Positions 37,711-49,500 of a stretch of 64,000 nt of DNA are shown here, piece by piece (positions within the stretch are counted from its first letter, which is position 1; the number at the start of each line of letters is the position of its first letter). The notes beneath the pieces are model-generated. The model was given only the letters and a program-made list of their open reading frames with translations. It was not told the origin of the DNA and did no database searches. The stretch comes from Daphnia carinata. Lineage: Eukaryota. The position numbers and the translations under genes were made by a program. The stretch is from contig NC_081331.1 in NCBI RefSeq assembly GCF_022539665.2, positions 8,246,001 through 8,310,000 on the forward strand. Reading direction: 5' to 3'.

Positions 37711-38427
37711 AGAACAATATATCTTATTCATTTCTTTTCAATATCTAAATTTGTACTAAAAAGACATTTTCAGATATGTTAGTGGTGTCTTTGCATTGAC
37801 GAAATATCATGGCTATGACAACTGATATATATCTACCGAAAACATTTAAAATACATTATTCCAACAGGTTATATACACCACTAATAGTATAAAGTATAGC
37901 CACAATTACAGGCAGAATGAAATAATGAACGATAGTTGAAAAACATAACCTTTATTTTTTTTAAACAAAATGTTATAATGGAGATAGGCGTACGAAATTA
38001 CTTGTTCATTGCGCTGAAGAACGACAAGAAAATTGCTTTCTTCATATTTCTTGATTGGTGACTTTTTTGTTCTTATTCAAACAGCATATATTGAGATAAT
38101 CGGATCATCAGTTTTAAAGACGATACGTTGAATTGAATAGCATCTGTAAAATAATCTGTTAGTTATAGACAAAAGCAAAATGGTATGAAATTAAATTACA
38201 AAATTACGACTTAATTGGAATCCAACTCTTCTTCGACTTGAGCATTCAACTGTGCAGAACGAAAACGCGCCTTGGCATTGCGTTAATGTAGTTTTGTTTC
38301 CTGAACGACCAATTCGTATTCTATTTCATAGAAAATTTGTTAGAGCGTATTTCTATTTGAAATTTGAAATATTAAAATTGTCACGCTGAAATTTTAACGA
38401 TTTATAGTAAAAACAAAACATATTTAC

Positions 38428-38625
38428 CTAGTACTGCCTTCGTGATAATAGAGGAACCGATTCCTTTTTTACCTAATCCATTGTATACTCTTTTTTCTCG
38501 TCTCCCTAGCCAATTCACTTCTTTTGACAGTGAATCGGCAAAAACGGTGGACCAGGCTCTGGCAACGTAGTTAGCAGCACTGTTTTTCGAATTTATCTTT
38601 TCTAGCAGAGGAATACGAGATACTT
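38428..38625 (-). pseudogene. Exon of a DUF4806-like ORF (transposon accessory gene relic)
   Basis: LEKINSKNSAANYVARAWSTVFADSLSKEVNWLGRREKRVYNGLGKKGIGSSIITKAVL followed by a GT donor. Confidence 0.4.
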
Positions 38626-40217
38626 AAATAACAATAAGAAGAAAACTTTAAATGTTTTAACAATTCAAATGTTTAAACGCATTTCAGTTTATTACAACTC
38701 ACGAGTTTCTTGAATAAATAATAAAATAAAATGAATAATCAATTTGGGTCATTCTTAAGAATTTTTTCAAAAGAATCGAATTGCTGTAAATTCTTCAGAG
38801 GAAGAGAATTAAAGTCATCCTAGATTTCACTGCACTTTTTATCAGGAATGGCCGTGATCGACTTTCCTGCTATAGACAGTTTTTCGTAGATTTTGGCCAA
38901 AGCCGTGGTCAAGTGTTCTTTCCTGGTAGCAACTTTCCCTATAAACAATGTTTATATTACGAAAAATATAGAAAATCAATGCATTTCAGATTAAATCTAA
39001 CATTGCTATTTAACAGCGCATCCTTTAGGTTGTCATTCATTTTGCGATACTTGTTATCCAGCATTTCCGTGAAGAATGTTCTGCCACGCAATTTAAAATG
39101 CGGGGCCAAGCTTGATATTAGTGACTTAAATCCAGGCTTTTCAACTATGTGAAGAGGTCAAACATCTACGATAAGGAAACACTACATGGGAGAAAAAATT
39201 ATTGAAAAAGTCAAACATTTTATGATTGGAAGGTATTACCATCAGATAATAGTCTAAGTCTGTCTGTTTGGAAATCTGACATATACTCGGATCGCGAGTT
39301 AGGGTTGACTCCCCCAATTTTTCTTTTTGTTTCTTGTTGTTTACGGTTGCTTCGCCGTGTTAAACACAGCTTGCTTTGTATTTCTGGCAGTTGCGGACAT
39401 TCTTTTTACTATGTTCTTTTTTATAGAGGTTTCTATGTTCTTAAATACGTTGTTTGTAGCTTAACTATGTATGTTTTTTCCTCCCTTTTTCATTTTTGTT
39501 AATGAACTTTTTTTTTAGCTGGCAGACAGGTATATAATTAAATGGTACTGAACAAGTCGATTTAAGAATTTTGTCTTCGTCTGAACGAGTCCCTTGCGAA
39601 TTAGTCTACTGGCCAACTGTTTGCTCACTTTTTCTGCTGGAAGTATTCAAGCTCCCCTTTTCTCAAAGTTTATGCTACAGTGGATCGTATCTTCCTTTCG
39701 GCTGGTCGCTTTGTGGATGTTGGTCTGGAAGTGCTGGGCTTCGGTTCAGAAAAAGCTAGTATCTCGTTAGTCAGCGCAGCTGGGATGGCCTTTGATGCGG
39801 AATCACCGGATTCAAGGGAGTTGGTATTGGGGCAACTTCTGGCTGCCTCATTCCTTTTGATCACCCCAATGCTTGCTTTGAATTACTTTTGTCTCGTCTC
39901 AGTCGGCTCGTTCCTAAAAGGCATTTGGCCTGGCTTCCTGATTCCTCAGCTGCTTTCTAGACTGTGGAAATCCACGCTGAGTAAAACTCTTTTAACCGAT
40001 GTCGTGCGGCTAATTCGGCTGCTAGTCGACTAGAAATTGAGAAGGCGTGTCCACAAGTTTGGGAATTGACCGAATGTATGGGCTGGACCTTATCTTTCTC
40101 TCCGTCCTTCCAGATTGTTGTTCCGTAAATCATTGGTAGTCTGAGCTTTCGGGAAACTCTCTTTGACAAGGTCCGCTCTGGTTTTTTCCAAAGATCAAAG
40201 AATTTTGTTCCAGAGTA

Positions 40218-41041
40218 GGGGAGACTGGGGTGAGCCTGGACAGCGGGTGAAGTGGGACAGCTGGAGGAAAAATAGTAAACATTGATTTATAATTTCAAAA
40301 AAATTGTATGTTAATTGTACATACGTTTCCTATGTAGGGTAAAAGTTTCAAACGAATATGTAAAAAAATACGAAAGTTATTCAGAAAATTAAAAAAACGG
40401 TTTTTTTTTCTTACGCCCCATTATTTTGGGGCGAAATTGTATTTTTACAAAGAAATTTTTTTGGGGGCTGGTTGGGACAGCAGATGTGCTTGATATGGGA
40501 CAGTAGTGGGTGGGGTTGAAGGCGGAGCTGCAAAAATGGTACTATACTAATTAGTAAATAAAATTATCTGTTATTAAATTTATTGTTTTAAACAAGATTT
40601 TCTGAATGTTTTTAACGTTACCTACGTCACCTAAGAGGTTTTTGGCAGGATATAGGCAACCAATAATCGATTTTAGTAATCGATTACCTAAGCCCGGCCC
40701 CTAAGCAAATAAAACTTTTCTAAAATAAAGAGATGATTTAGTAGTATACTCCTGATTTATTACAATTTTTTAAATGTATTTCTTAATTATAAACTGAGGC
40801 TGTCCCACATCACCCACCCTGGTGTCCCAATTCACCCAACACCACAAGCTCCTCCCTCAAATTTTTCTAAACTTTAAAAATACGTAGACGGTACATATTT
40901 ATTTCTAAAAATCTGAAAAAAATCCTGGAGGTAAAGGAAGAAGCGGGCAACATATTGATGCAATCAAAAAGAAAATCAAGTAATTAATATCGAAGATATG
41001 GCCGAAAAACAAAACGTGTCCCAACACACCCCAATCTCCCC
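40218..41041. mobile_element. Tc1/mariner-superfamily MITE, copy 2
   Basis: TA|GGGGAGACTGGGGTG...CACCCCAATCTCCCC|TA; colinear with 1102-1910 apart from internal indels. Confidence 0.85.
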
Positions 41042-42999
41042 TACAGCAAAATTTAGAAGTTATTGAAGACGGCCTTTAGATTCTCTTGTCAGAGAATCTG
41101 AATGTCAGGGAATGCCGATTCAAGTTAACATTTTTTTCTGCTGGCCTAAGACCTAATGGATGTCAGCGTGACAAGTACCGAGTTGTATTCTCGGACGGAT
41201 ATTTACATGTGTGCTGAAATCGTTAAGAGATTCAAGCAAAGGTTTTTACATTGACGGTTCATTGCCACAAACACACAAACGAACAAGAATAATCAAAAGG
41301 AACTATGGATGAAAAATATGCTGATGATCTTTTTTTCAGGTACGGCTCGTGGTAGAAATGGCATAAAGTTAAAGCTCTCAATTAATTTCAATATCATTTC
41401 CACGTGCTTCGGCTTTCGTGTTCTGTGGCGTCCATTTTTTAGTTTTCGCGTGTACGCTACCCGCTCCCCGTTTCCAATTTGACGATTTCTGAAGTTGGAA
41501 TATTGTCACACTTATTTGTATTAAGCGCACACCGAATAATACACCAAGCGATTACAATAACTAACGTGATCTTTTCTCGAAGGCCAACAAAAGGATGAAC
41601 AAAAGACCCAAACTTGGAGAAGCACAATGAAGACCTCTAAGGAAACCAAGAGAACTCGTCTGACGGACTTTAGACATTTCTGGGAGCTCATCCAATAGAG
41701 ACTCACCGAACGGAGTTTCGCAGGAGTGTTTTATAGTGCTGCACGGATCAACCCCTTGTGGACTCCGTATCTCGTTATCTCTCTAAGAGTAGCTTTCTTC
41801 TGGTAAGTTCCTTCTTCCGGGAGCTCATCCAATAAAGACTTGAATAAACTCAATGAACACCTGCTAGCTGAGTCGCACGTGCGACGCACCTAATACGTCA
41901 TCAACATCACGCCACTTAAGGCGTTCTTTCTGATTGGCATATATGTAATATATTCGCACAACAACACGCCCTGTTGCCAGAATGCGAAGTTCCACGGTAA
42001 ACTGAGAATCTGAGGGAAATCAGTCAAGGAATTGCCTTCAAGTCTAGCAGTTATCTACAAGTTGTCTAGTTGCCATTGCCTTGCTTAGTAGTGTCTGTGT
42101 GGCTTAGTAGTATTTTAAACGATACCTTTTATCTTGGTGCTTAGTAAATTATTTGACTTAATTTAAGTAACTCCGGACCTTAGTACTTAGTACCTTAGTA
42201 ATGTTAACCCTTAATACCTTAGTACTGCAACACATTTGGTTGGTATTTTCTCAAACTATTCAAACCCCTGCCTGTGTATGGTTTTAGCTCCGTTTACCTC
42301 CGTGTACTCCGCTCGTAATACGGCGGTAATACAAAATTACAATTATCTCTTTCCCCCTTCTGTTTCTGAACGGTATCTCTTCATCTCTTGTATTTCATTT
42401 TCCCTTTTGAATTTTTATAACCTAACCTATAAAAATACATTCATAGTTGTGGGTAAAACGCCTCACGAATTCTCATTTTTTTTATGTCTTAAAACACGTA
42501 AATTCATTCACGCCAAGAGAGTATGCTTTCCATAATGGCCTCAGCGATCTTTCGAACTCGATCACCATGACGGATGATATTATTCCTGAAGGACTAAAAA
42601 ATTTTCGTACCCCTGTAAGCACTCTATTAATTCCCGTAACGGCCGTTAAGTGATAAAGAAACGGTTGCAAAATGAATGAATTTAGAGATATTGACCACCC
42701 AAAACTCGTTCATACCAGATAAATTTCAGGGTTGTAGAACGTCAGAAAAAACAACGGAGGAACGAGGGGGGGGGGGGGGGTTCGTGCTACGGGAATGCGA
42801 GATTGAAATTTAAAAAATTAAAAAGCTTTTGTATGAGTTTAGGTCCGAGCCGGCATAAGGGAAGGGAGGGATGGTGTGTTCAAGTTGTGTGTGTTTTGGT
42901 TCTACATGTGGTAGGTGGTATGAAAGCTTAACAGTCTAGCGGTTTCCTTTGTTGGATATTAAAGGGGGTGGTAAGTTGGCCATCGGTTGGTGTAGAAAG

Positions 43000-44100
43000 G
43001 GTCCGTGGTCATGGTGGTAGCCCTAAGAATAGCCGCAGGCCACTCTAAAACTTCGTGTTCTGCTTACACGCTCGTTAGGAAGTGCCGAGTTGGGCATAAC
43101 CAGATTCAGCAGAAAAATTTGTGTCCGCACTCGGATGGTATCCTCTAGGCATGGTGTTCCGAAACGACGCCCCTTTAGGGTGGTGAAAAATCGTGGGCTT
43201 GGTGTCCATTTGTAGAGTGAAAAATCGTGGGCTTGGTGTCCATTTGTAGAGTAAAAAATGACGAGCAAAATGATATCCAGGTTTTTGTTGTGTGGTGGTT
43301 CGCTGTGCCCGAACGTCGAGGTCCAAGTGTTGCAGTTGGTTGTCAGTCGCTTCAACCCGTTCCAACAGAGTAGACGTGTTTTAATTGTGCTCCAGTGATT
43401 TCCTTCAAGCATCCTTAAAATTCAATAAATGGGTTTTGATGAAGAACCCGATCGCCGGAAGGTCGACCGTCGGTCGTTCACAAGCACCCGGGATCTTTTT
43501 CGGTTCCTGGATGTGTGGGTGGACACCGCCGACAATAATTGTTACCGTGATTAGGATCGTTCAGCTGTCGTAGCGTGACAGTTCTTCGGGACTTAGCCTG
43601 TCGGCATTTGCCCGGTAAAAATTGTACAGTGGCACCGGGTAGTGATCGTGTCCATCGCCCGGTGACCATTCCAGCCGCAGCCACATAACATCGCAGGTGC
43701 GCTACCTCCGCCTCCGATGTTATGTAAGAATTTATTGCGCTTTACGGCGCTCTACCGCCAGCATAGAGACTAAAATCGCTCGGTTGATCGGGCGTTATGA
43801 TCTGCTCTGGGGCCTCCGCAACGTATTCTGCAGCCTACAGGATATGGCCGCGTATTGCGCCCTCTCGGGTCGGCCATGGCAGCGCGCTGATGTTTGGACC
43901 GCGCCAGATTCGACGGAGAGAGAGGAAAGGGACCATTGAATGGCGGTTTGTACACTTCGGCGGCGTATAGCCGGAAGGCTCGCGGACCATGGCGCCGAGG
44001 AACGTTTTCCGACGTCACAGGATAATGCCACTGGTGCGGTGCCACCTGGGCAGGAATCGGCCAACAAGTAGGTGGCGGGTGTTTTGGTTTCAGAGTCACA
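43000..44100 (-). mobile_element. GC-rich retroelement gag-like relic
   Basis: Frameshifted RCY-GCGWNGHRAMD zinc-knuckle-like motif near 43645-43695; local 36-bp tandem duplication at ~43183-43253; no intact ORF. Confidence 0.3.
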
Positions 44101-44199
44101 GCGATTTTTTTAAAGCTTTCCCGAGAATTCTTCCAGGGAAAAAAATCGCAAAAAATCGCAAAAAATAAATTTTATAAATGGTGGGGTATTGATAAGAGC

Positions 44200-44760
44200 A
44201 GTGATAAGTATAGTATTACCAGACGGTTGCGAGTTATTACCCGCCTGAGTTAGGTATTGGGGGAAGTAAATTATTCCGCCTGGTAGCCCAGTACTATGGG
44301 TTAGTTGTTACTATGGGATGTTATTCGCAGGACGGTGAGTGTATTGTTCCAGGATGGCCGTAGGACATCATCCGTCTGACTTAGGTATTGGGGGAGTCGT
44401 TTAATCCCGCCTGATAGTCCAAAGCTACAGGCTAGGTTGTGTAAGGCCAGATTTGACACAATGTGGCCACATGGAGAGTGTCATATTTCAAGATTGCAGC
44501 GGACCATCATCTGCCCGAGTCAGACTAAATTGGGAATGATATATTATCCGCAAGATTGTAAGTATATTATTTTACGATGGCCGCAGGCCATCGTCGGCCT
44601 GAGTTAGGCATACATGGGGGGTGGTTCCCTTCCACCTAATAGCCAAATGCTATAGGTTAGATTAGGTAAGACAAGAATAGGTGTGGTATTTATAAGGGCG
44701 GTGGCAAGTATAGTATTTCCAGATGGCCGCGAGCTATTACCCACAGAGTTCAGGTGTCTA
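44200..44760. repeat. Diverged tandem repeat, ~120-130-bp period, 4-5 units
   Basis: Recurring AAGTATAGTATT.CCAGA.GG..GC / CTGAGTTAGGTATTGGGG motifs near 44205, 44350, 44575 and 44705. Confidence 0.6.
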
Positions 44761-44932
44761 CAAATTATGTGTTTACATCGATTGGACATTGGATATAGCT
44801 TAGTTCATCATTCGCAGAAAAACCATGTATTTTGCTTCTAGTTTAACACAATTAAAATAAGCACAATTGCTTGTAGAATAATGTAAAATACTATTCCTAC
44901 ACATAATACAACATATTATAACATAGGTGGTA

Positions 44933-45902
44933 GGAGACCGGGGCTAATCGGGACATGGGTTAATTGGGGCAAGCTTTGTTTTACAAAAACGCTTAATTAT
45001 AAAATTATGAAATTTACACATCATATTTGTTAACTACATGCGCATTTGGGGATGAGTTTTTGTAGTAGAGGTGGCATCCGTTGTTGAGATACGGCCATTA
45101 GAAATGTTTAAGGGTTCGTAAAATTATGTTGTGTTCTAATAAAATATTTATTTACGGTAACGTCGTTTGATGTATAATTTTGCTAAAAATATAGCGAAAT
45201 CCACTGTTCATTTTCACACATTTCTCTGGTTTCCCAAAAAAAGAATTCTGAAGCGGTTTGCTGGAAATTACACATTTTCAAAGACACCACCCATGGGGCA
45301 GGTTGGGACAACAAATTCTGGGGTAAAATGGGTCGGGATAAAACTATTCTGCGGCCCGATATGTAAATTCCCTTCGTGTCACCATGTTAATTTTGTCCAA
45401 AAAATATTGGAACTGAGCTGTGATTTTATATTTGGTATTTTCATCATTCCTATTTCAGTATTTAAAAAATATTTTTAATGCTGACCTCACCTTTTGTCGT
45501 TTCATCTTGTTAATTTTTTAGTCTACATCAATTTTACAAAATTCTCGCCGATTTATTTAGCAAACCATGCCAAACTATATACTGGCTGGTTTGTAAGAAA
45601 ACATCCTATTTGAAAACTTTTTTTTACAAATTTTAGAACAAACCAGTAGCACGATATTAGCTTTGTCCTGAGTTACCCCGTGTCTGTCCCAAGTAACCCC
45701 GATCATCGAATGAGCCAACGGATTTTAAGTAAATTTCAGTATTTTTTTTAATCATAAAAATAAAAATATTTTCCTTAAAAAATACTGTGTATAGATAAAG
45801 ACAATACCGTTTTAATGGAAAAGAAAAGTTATGTTTATCTCTCACTAGTCGAAAGTTATTCGACAAAGAAGAAAGCGCGTCCCGATTAGCCCCGGTCTCC
45901 GC
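44933..45902. mobile_element. Related TA-flanked Tc1/mariner-type MITE (different family)
   Basis: TIR GGAGACCGGGGCTAATCGGGAC / GTCCCGATTAGCCCCGGTCTCC(GC), TA on both sides. Confidence 0.8.
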
Positions 45903-45925
45903 TACATTATAACAAGAATAATTAG

Positions 45926-47081
45926 TATTGCAACTGTTGCCCTCTGTGGTCTGCATTTCAAATGCTGCCATCTCTTGTGAAACTCTGTAACCATGTTTGT
46001 CTTTCATTATTGTTACCTTTCTCCCCTAAAGGTCAGGTCGAACCTTAGTCGACCTCTGGCCTCTCTTTTATTCAGACTGGGAGTCGGGATTTGGCCCAAT
46101 GTCCGATAGGACGCTAGGAGGGGGCTCTGCTGTTGCTGGCCGCCCTCGCGTAAGTCCTTAAGATGGAGCCCTGCATGACTGCTGGCTTCCCTTCACGTAT
46201 GTATTTAAATAGTATTATGATATGTGTATGTATTTTGAATACTGTCTTTGTTGTAATTTCGCTGCGCAATTGTGTTGTGTAAATGGAAGAAACTGTAACA
46301 TTTGGTATCAGAAGAGGGATAAAGACCATCGAACGACTCCAATAGTCATCTTCAAGAACCCGTTCGCCCCGAATTTGTGTTAGAAAAACCCGCTTGGACG
46401 CAGCAATTTTTGATGTCTCCTTCCACGTGTGTTGTCAACGCTCGTTTCAAGACTCGTCGGGAATCTTCCTGCCTGAGATACACGTAAGCAGCCACTTTGC
46501 CATGATGTCTGCTGCTGGAAAGTAATAGTTCCTGCCATCCGCCGAGAGGAGTCCAAAAGAGGTTAGAGTTACAACGTTCAGCTACAGAACTTGTAAGCGA
46601 TCACCTTGGGAGCCATGAAGAGGATGCTTTTTCCATTATTTTTTCATTCATGATTTCGAAGTTTTCAAATTTTATTGTTATCATTAATAGTGAAACTTCG
46701 AGTCAGGCAGGCCGAATGTTGCAACTGTTGCCCTCTGTGGTCTGCATTTCAAGTGCTGCCAACCTCTGTAACCATGTTTGTCTTTCATTATTGTTTCCTT
46801 TCTCCCCTAAAGGTCAGGTCGAACCTTAGTCTACCTCTGGCCTCTCTTTTATTCAGACTGGGAGTCGGGATTTGACCCGATGTCCGATAGGACGCTAAGA
46901 GGGGGCTCTGCTGTTGCTGGCCGCCCTCGCGTGAGTCCTTAAGAAGGAACCCTGCATGACTGCCGGCTTCCCTTCGCGTGCGTGTGTAAATAGTATTATG
47001 ATATGTGTATGTATTTTGGATAGTGTCCTTGTTGTAATTTCCCTGTGCAATTGTGTTGTATAAATGGAAGAAATTGTAACA
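45926..47081 (+). mobile_element. Complete miniature LTR retroelement (TRIM-like / internally deleted Gypsy)
   Basis: LTRs 45926-46300 and 46717-47081 (T[A/G]TTGCA...TGTAACA); PBS TTTGGTATCAGA at 46301; purine-rich tract before the 3' LTR; 4-bp TSD TTAG (45922-45925, 47082-47085). Confidence 0.9.
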
Positions 47082-47899
47082 TTAGGTAAAACTATACTTC
47101 AAAATGTTGAAGTACTAAATACTTGCCTGTTTCAATCTTATTTTTGTATGTTTATGGCTGGTACACTCCTGTTGGACCAGGGTGGTACCACAGATCAAAG
47201 TTGTCATCTGCTCTTTATTTTTTTTTTCAACACTAAACGAAAACATGTGTGCTTTTCAGTGGACTAATTATTTGGTTATTACAAAGAAGAAAACCAAATC
47301 GACAGTATCGTCTCAGCTTTGTATTTACTTTAACACGAAATTATGGTGCGTAATAAGTTTATTTCCTTTTAGAATAAATAACAATTATTAATTTCAACCC
47401 GCAGCCTACAGTGAGAGTTATTTTTCTATGAAAAAGTATCATTCTATAAAAATTTACCAGTGACTCATTGTAGCTTTCGTACATCAATAATGTTTTAGGG
47501 GCTGATAAATGTCAACGAATATGAAAGGTACTGTAAATTAATATTTTCAAAGAGAATGTACTACACATTGTACAGGTAATTTTTTTCTCATAAGACATCT
47601 CTCTACGCTATTTAGAAGTTCCTGGGCGTTCATTCGTTGTGTTACGGATTAGACCACAAAAAGATACCACAGAAAAATGAAAGTAAGACAAATAGAACAG
47701 ATAAAGGAAGAAACAGTATACATTTCGCTCGCATCAAACGAGACGGCCAGTATTACCAACGCTCCCTCTTAACTGCCCTCTCGACTCGGGGTATAACAAG
47801 AAAATGTGAGACCACACTTGGTTGGGATTCCCAGCCTCCACTTAAATCCTCTAGCGACCGGCAAACACAACAAAAGACAATGACATCTGGGGTTAATGC

Positions 47900-49500
47900 A
47901 TGAATACACGATAAGTGGATAGAAAGTGGTGCGGGAAATATGAAATTCGCAACAATCCGTCATACCAGATTGCTTATTCGGCAATTTAAAATAATTGCTT
48001 TCTACCAAAGAATTTTAGTACAAAAGAAATAAGAATGAGCAAAATAATACATAAAAATTATGCTAAGAAACCGTTTCGGTTTTGTTTTTACCAAATGCCC
48101 AACTTATTACAAAAAATCTTTCCCTGTGGTTGGCCCACATTCTATGTGTAAACTGAAGACTTAAAGCAGGGAAAAAGCAAAAAACAAACACAAACTAATT
48201 AAAGATTCTAATAAATAACAGGACAGAACGTACTGACGTTGTGTGTGGATTGGCTTCAATGCCTATTGACGAATGAAATCCTTCTGTCCTGAAGGCGGTC
48301 GCAAAATTTGTGCTGATTTTGACATTGATTCTGTCGCCATTCAGATGGGCATTGAAACATTGGAAACAATTTCCCCTTTCCAAACAACAATTTTTCCGGC
48401 GAGGTGGAATACCTGTCTACTTTTGTCACAACTTAAAATGGCTTTGCGAATTTTGCTAAAATTTTTTCGCGAATCCCTCCGCGATCTGTTTTGAAGTAAA
48501 GCAGGTTTCTTGGTCTGAGATGGATGCTTTCGGATTATTGTGAATTTCAATTACTGTTCACGTAAAAATTTTACCATATTTTCAGTTGTAACTGGAACGA
48601 CTAGGGCAGCCATCATTCCGCAGGCTAACAAATTGCGACTAGGATATGCTGCATTCCGGAAAAGTCATTTTGAATGGACTAAGTTGGTAAATACCGATTG
48701 TCTCAAATCGACGTTTTCATGGACGAAAAAGATGAATTTTTTCGAAGAACAAAGCTAATTGCAAGGAAATATCTTTTGTACATTGTAAATTGACCTTTTG
48801 TAAGTATGTGGAAAGTAAGTAAGTTGTTTGTAAGTGTTTCTCTTGTAAAGAACTGTTTTGTTAACGACAGATGAATGGGTAATTTTATGAGCATCGATAA
48901 AGATGGGGGACTGAAAAACTGGTCTCAGTTGGCTATCCACATGTTGGGAGTGCCACCTCTTGAGAATCGTAGCCCTTGGGCTACTTACAAAGCAGAGCAA
49001 AATTTACATGCTCCGCCTTGCCAATCTGGCCCTTTCTAGACACTTTACAACAGGAGAGAGCATTTGCCACCCTATTGATTTTTCCTTCTAAGTAGTAAAT
49101 GATAAAATCAAATTCTTGCAAATCTACCACCAAACATGCAAACTTCCCGCTGAACTTTCTTTTGTCACACAACCATTTCACTGCGGTGTTGTCACTTCGA
49201 ACTGGAGGGAACTCCGACCATAGATGTATTGACAGAATTTTTTTTCAGGACAAGCAACAGCAAGGCCTTCAAGTTCGTTAGAAGAATATCTTGATACAGT
49301 ATCAGTATCTCGTCTGCTAATAAAAAAACTGGTCGAAGACCGTTACTGTCCAGCAAAACAACAGAATGTGAAACATTCTTGCTGGCATCTGCTGTTATTT
49401 CGCAAGGCAGTTAATCGTTGTAGCGGGACTGCACTGGCACTATTACTAGAGGCGATCGATCTGGGTCTTCATGGCTTATTCTTGCTTCTGACCCCACTCC
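47900..49500 (-). mobile_element. Highly decayed Gypsy RNase H / integrase relic
   Basis: TDASKN...LRPVFFISRR...SRYSSNELEGL; LQEFDFIIYYLEGKINRVANALS; downstream integrase similarity is weak. Confidence 0.65.
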
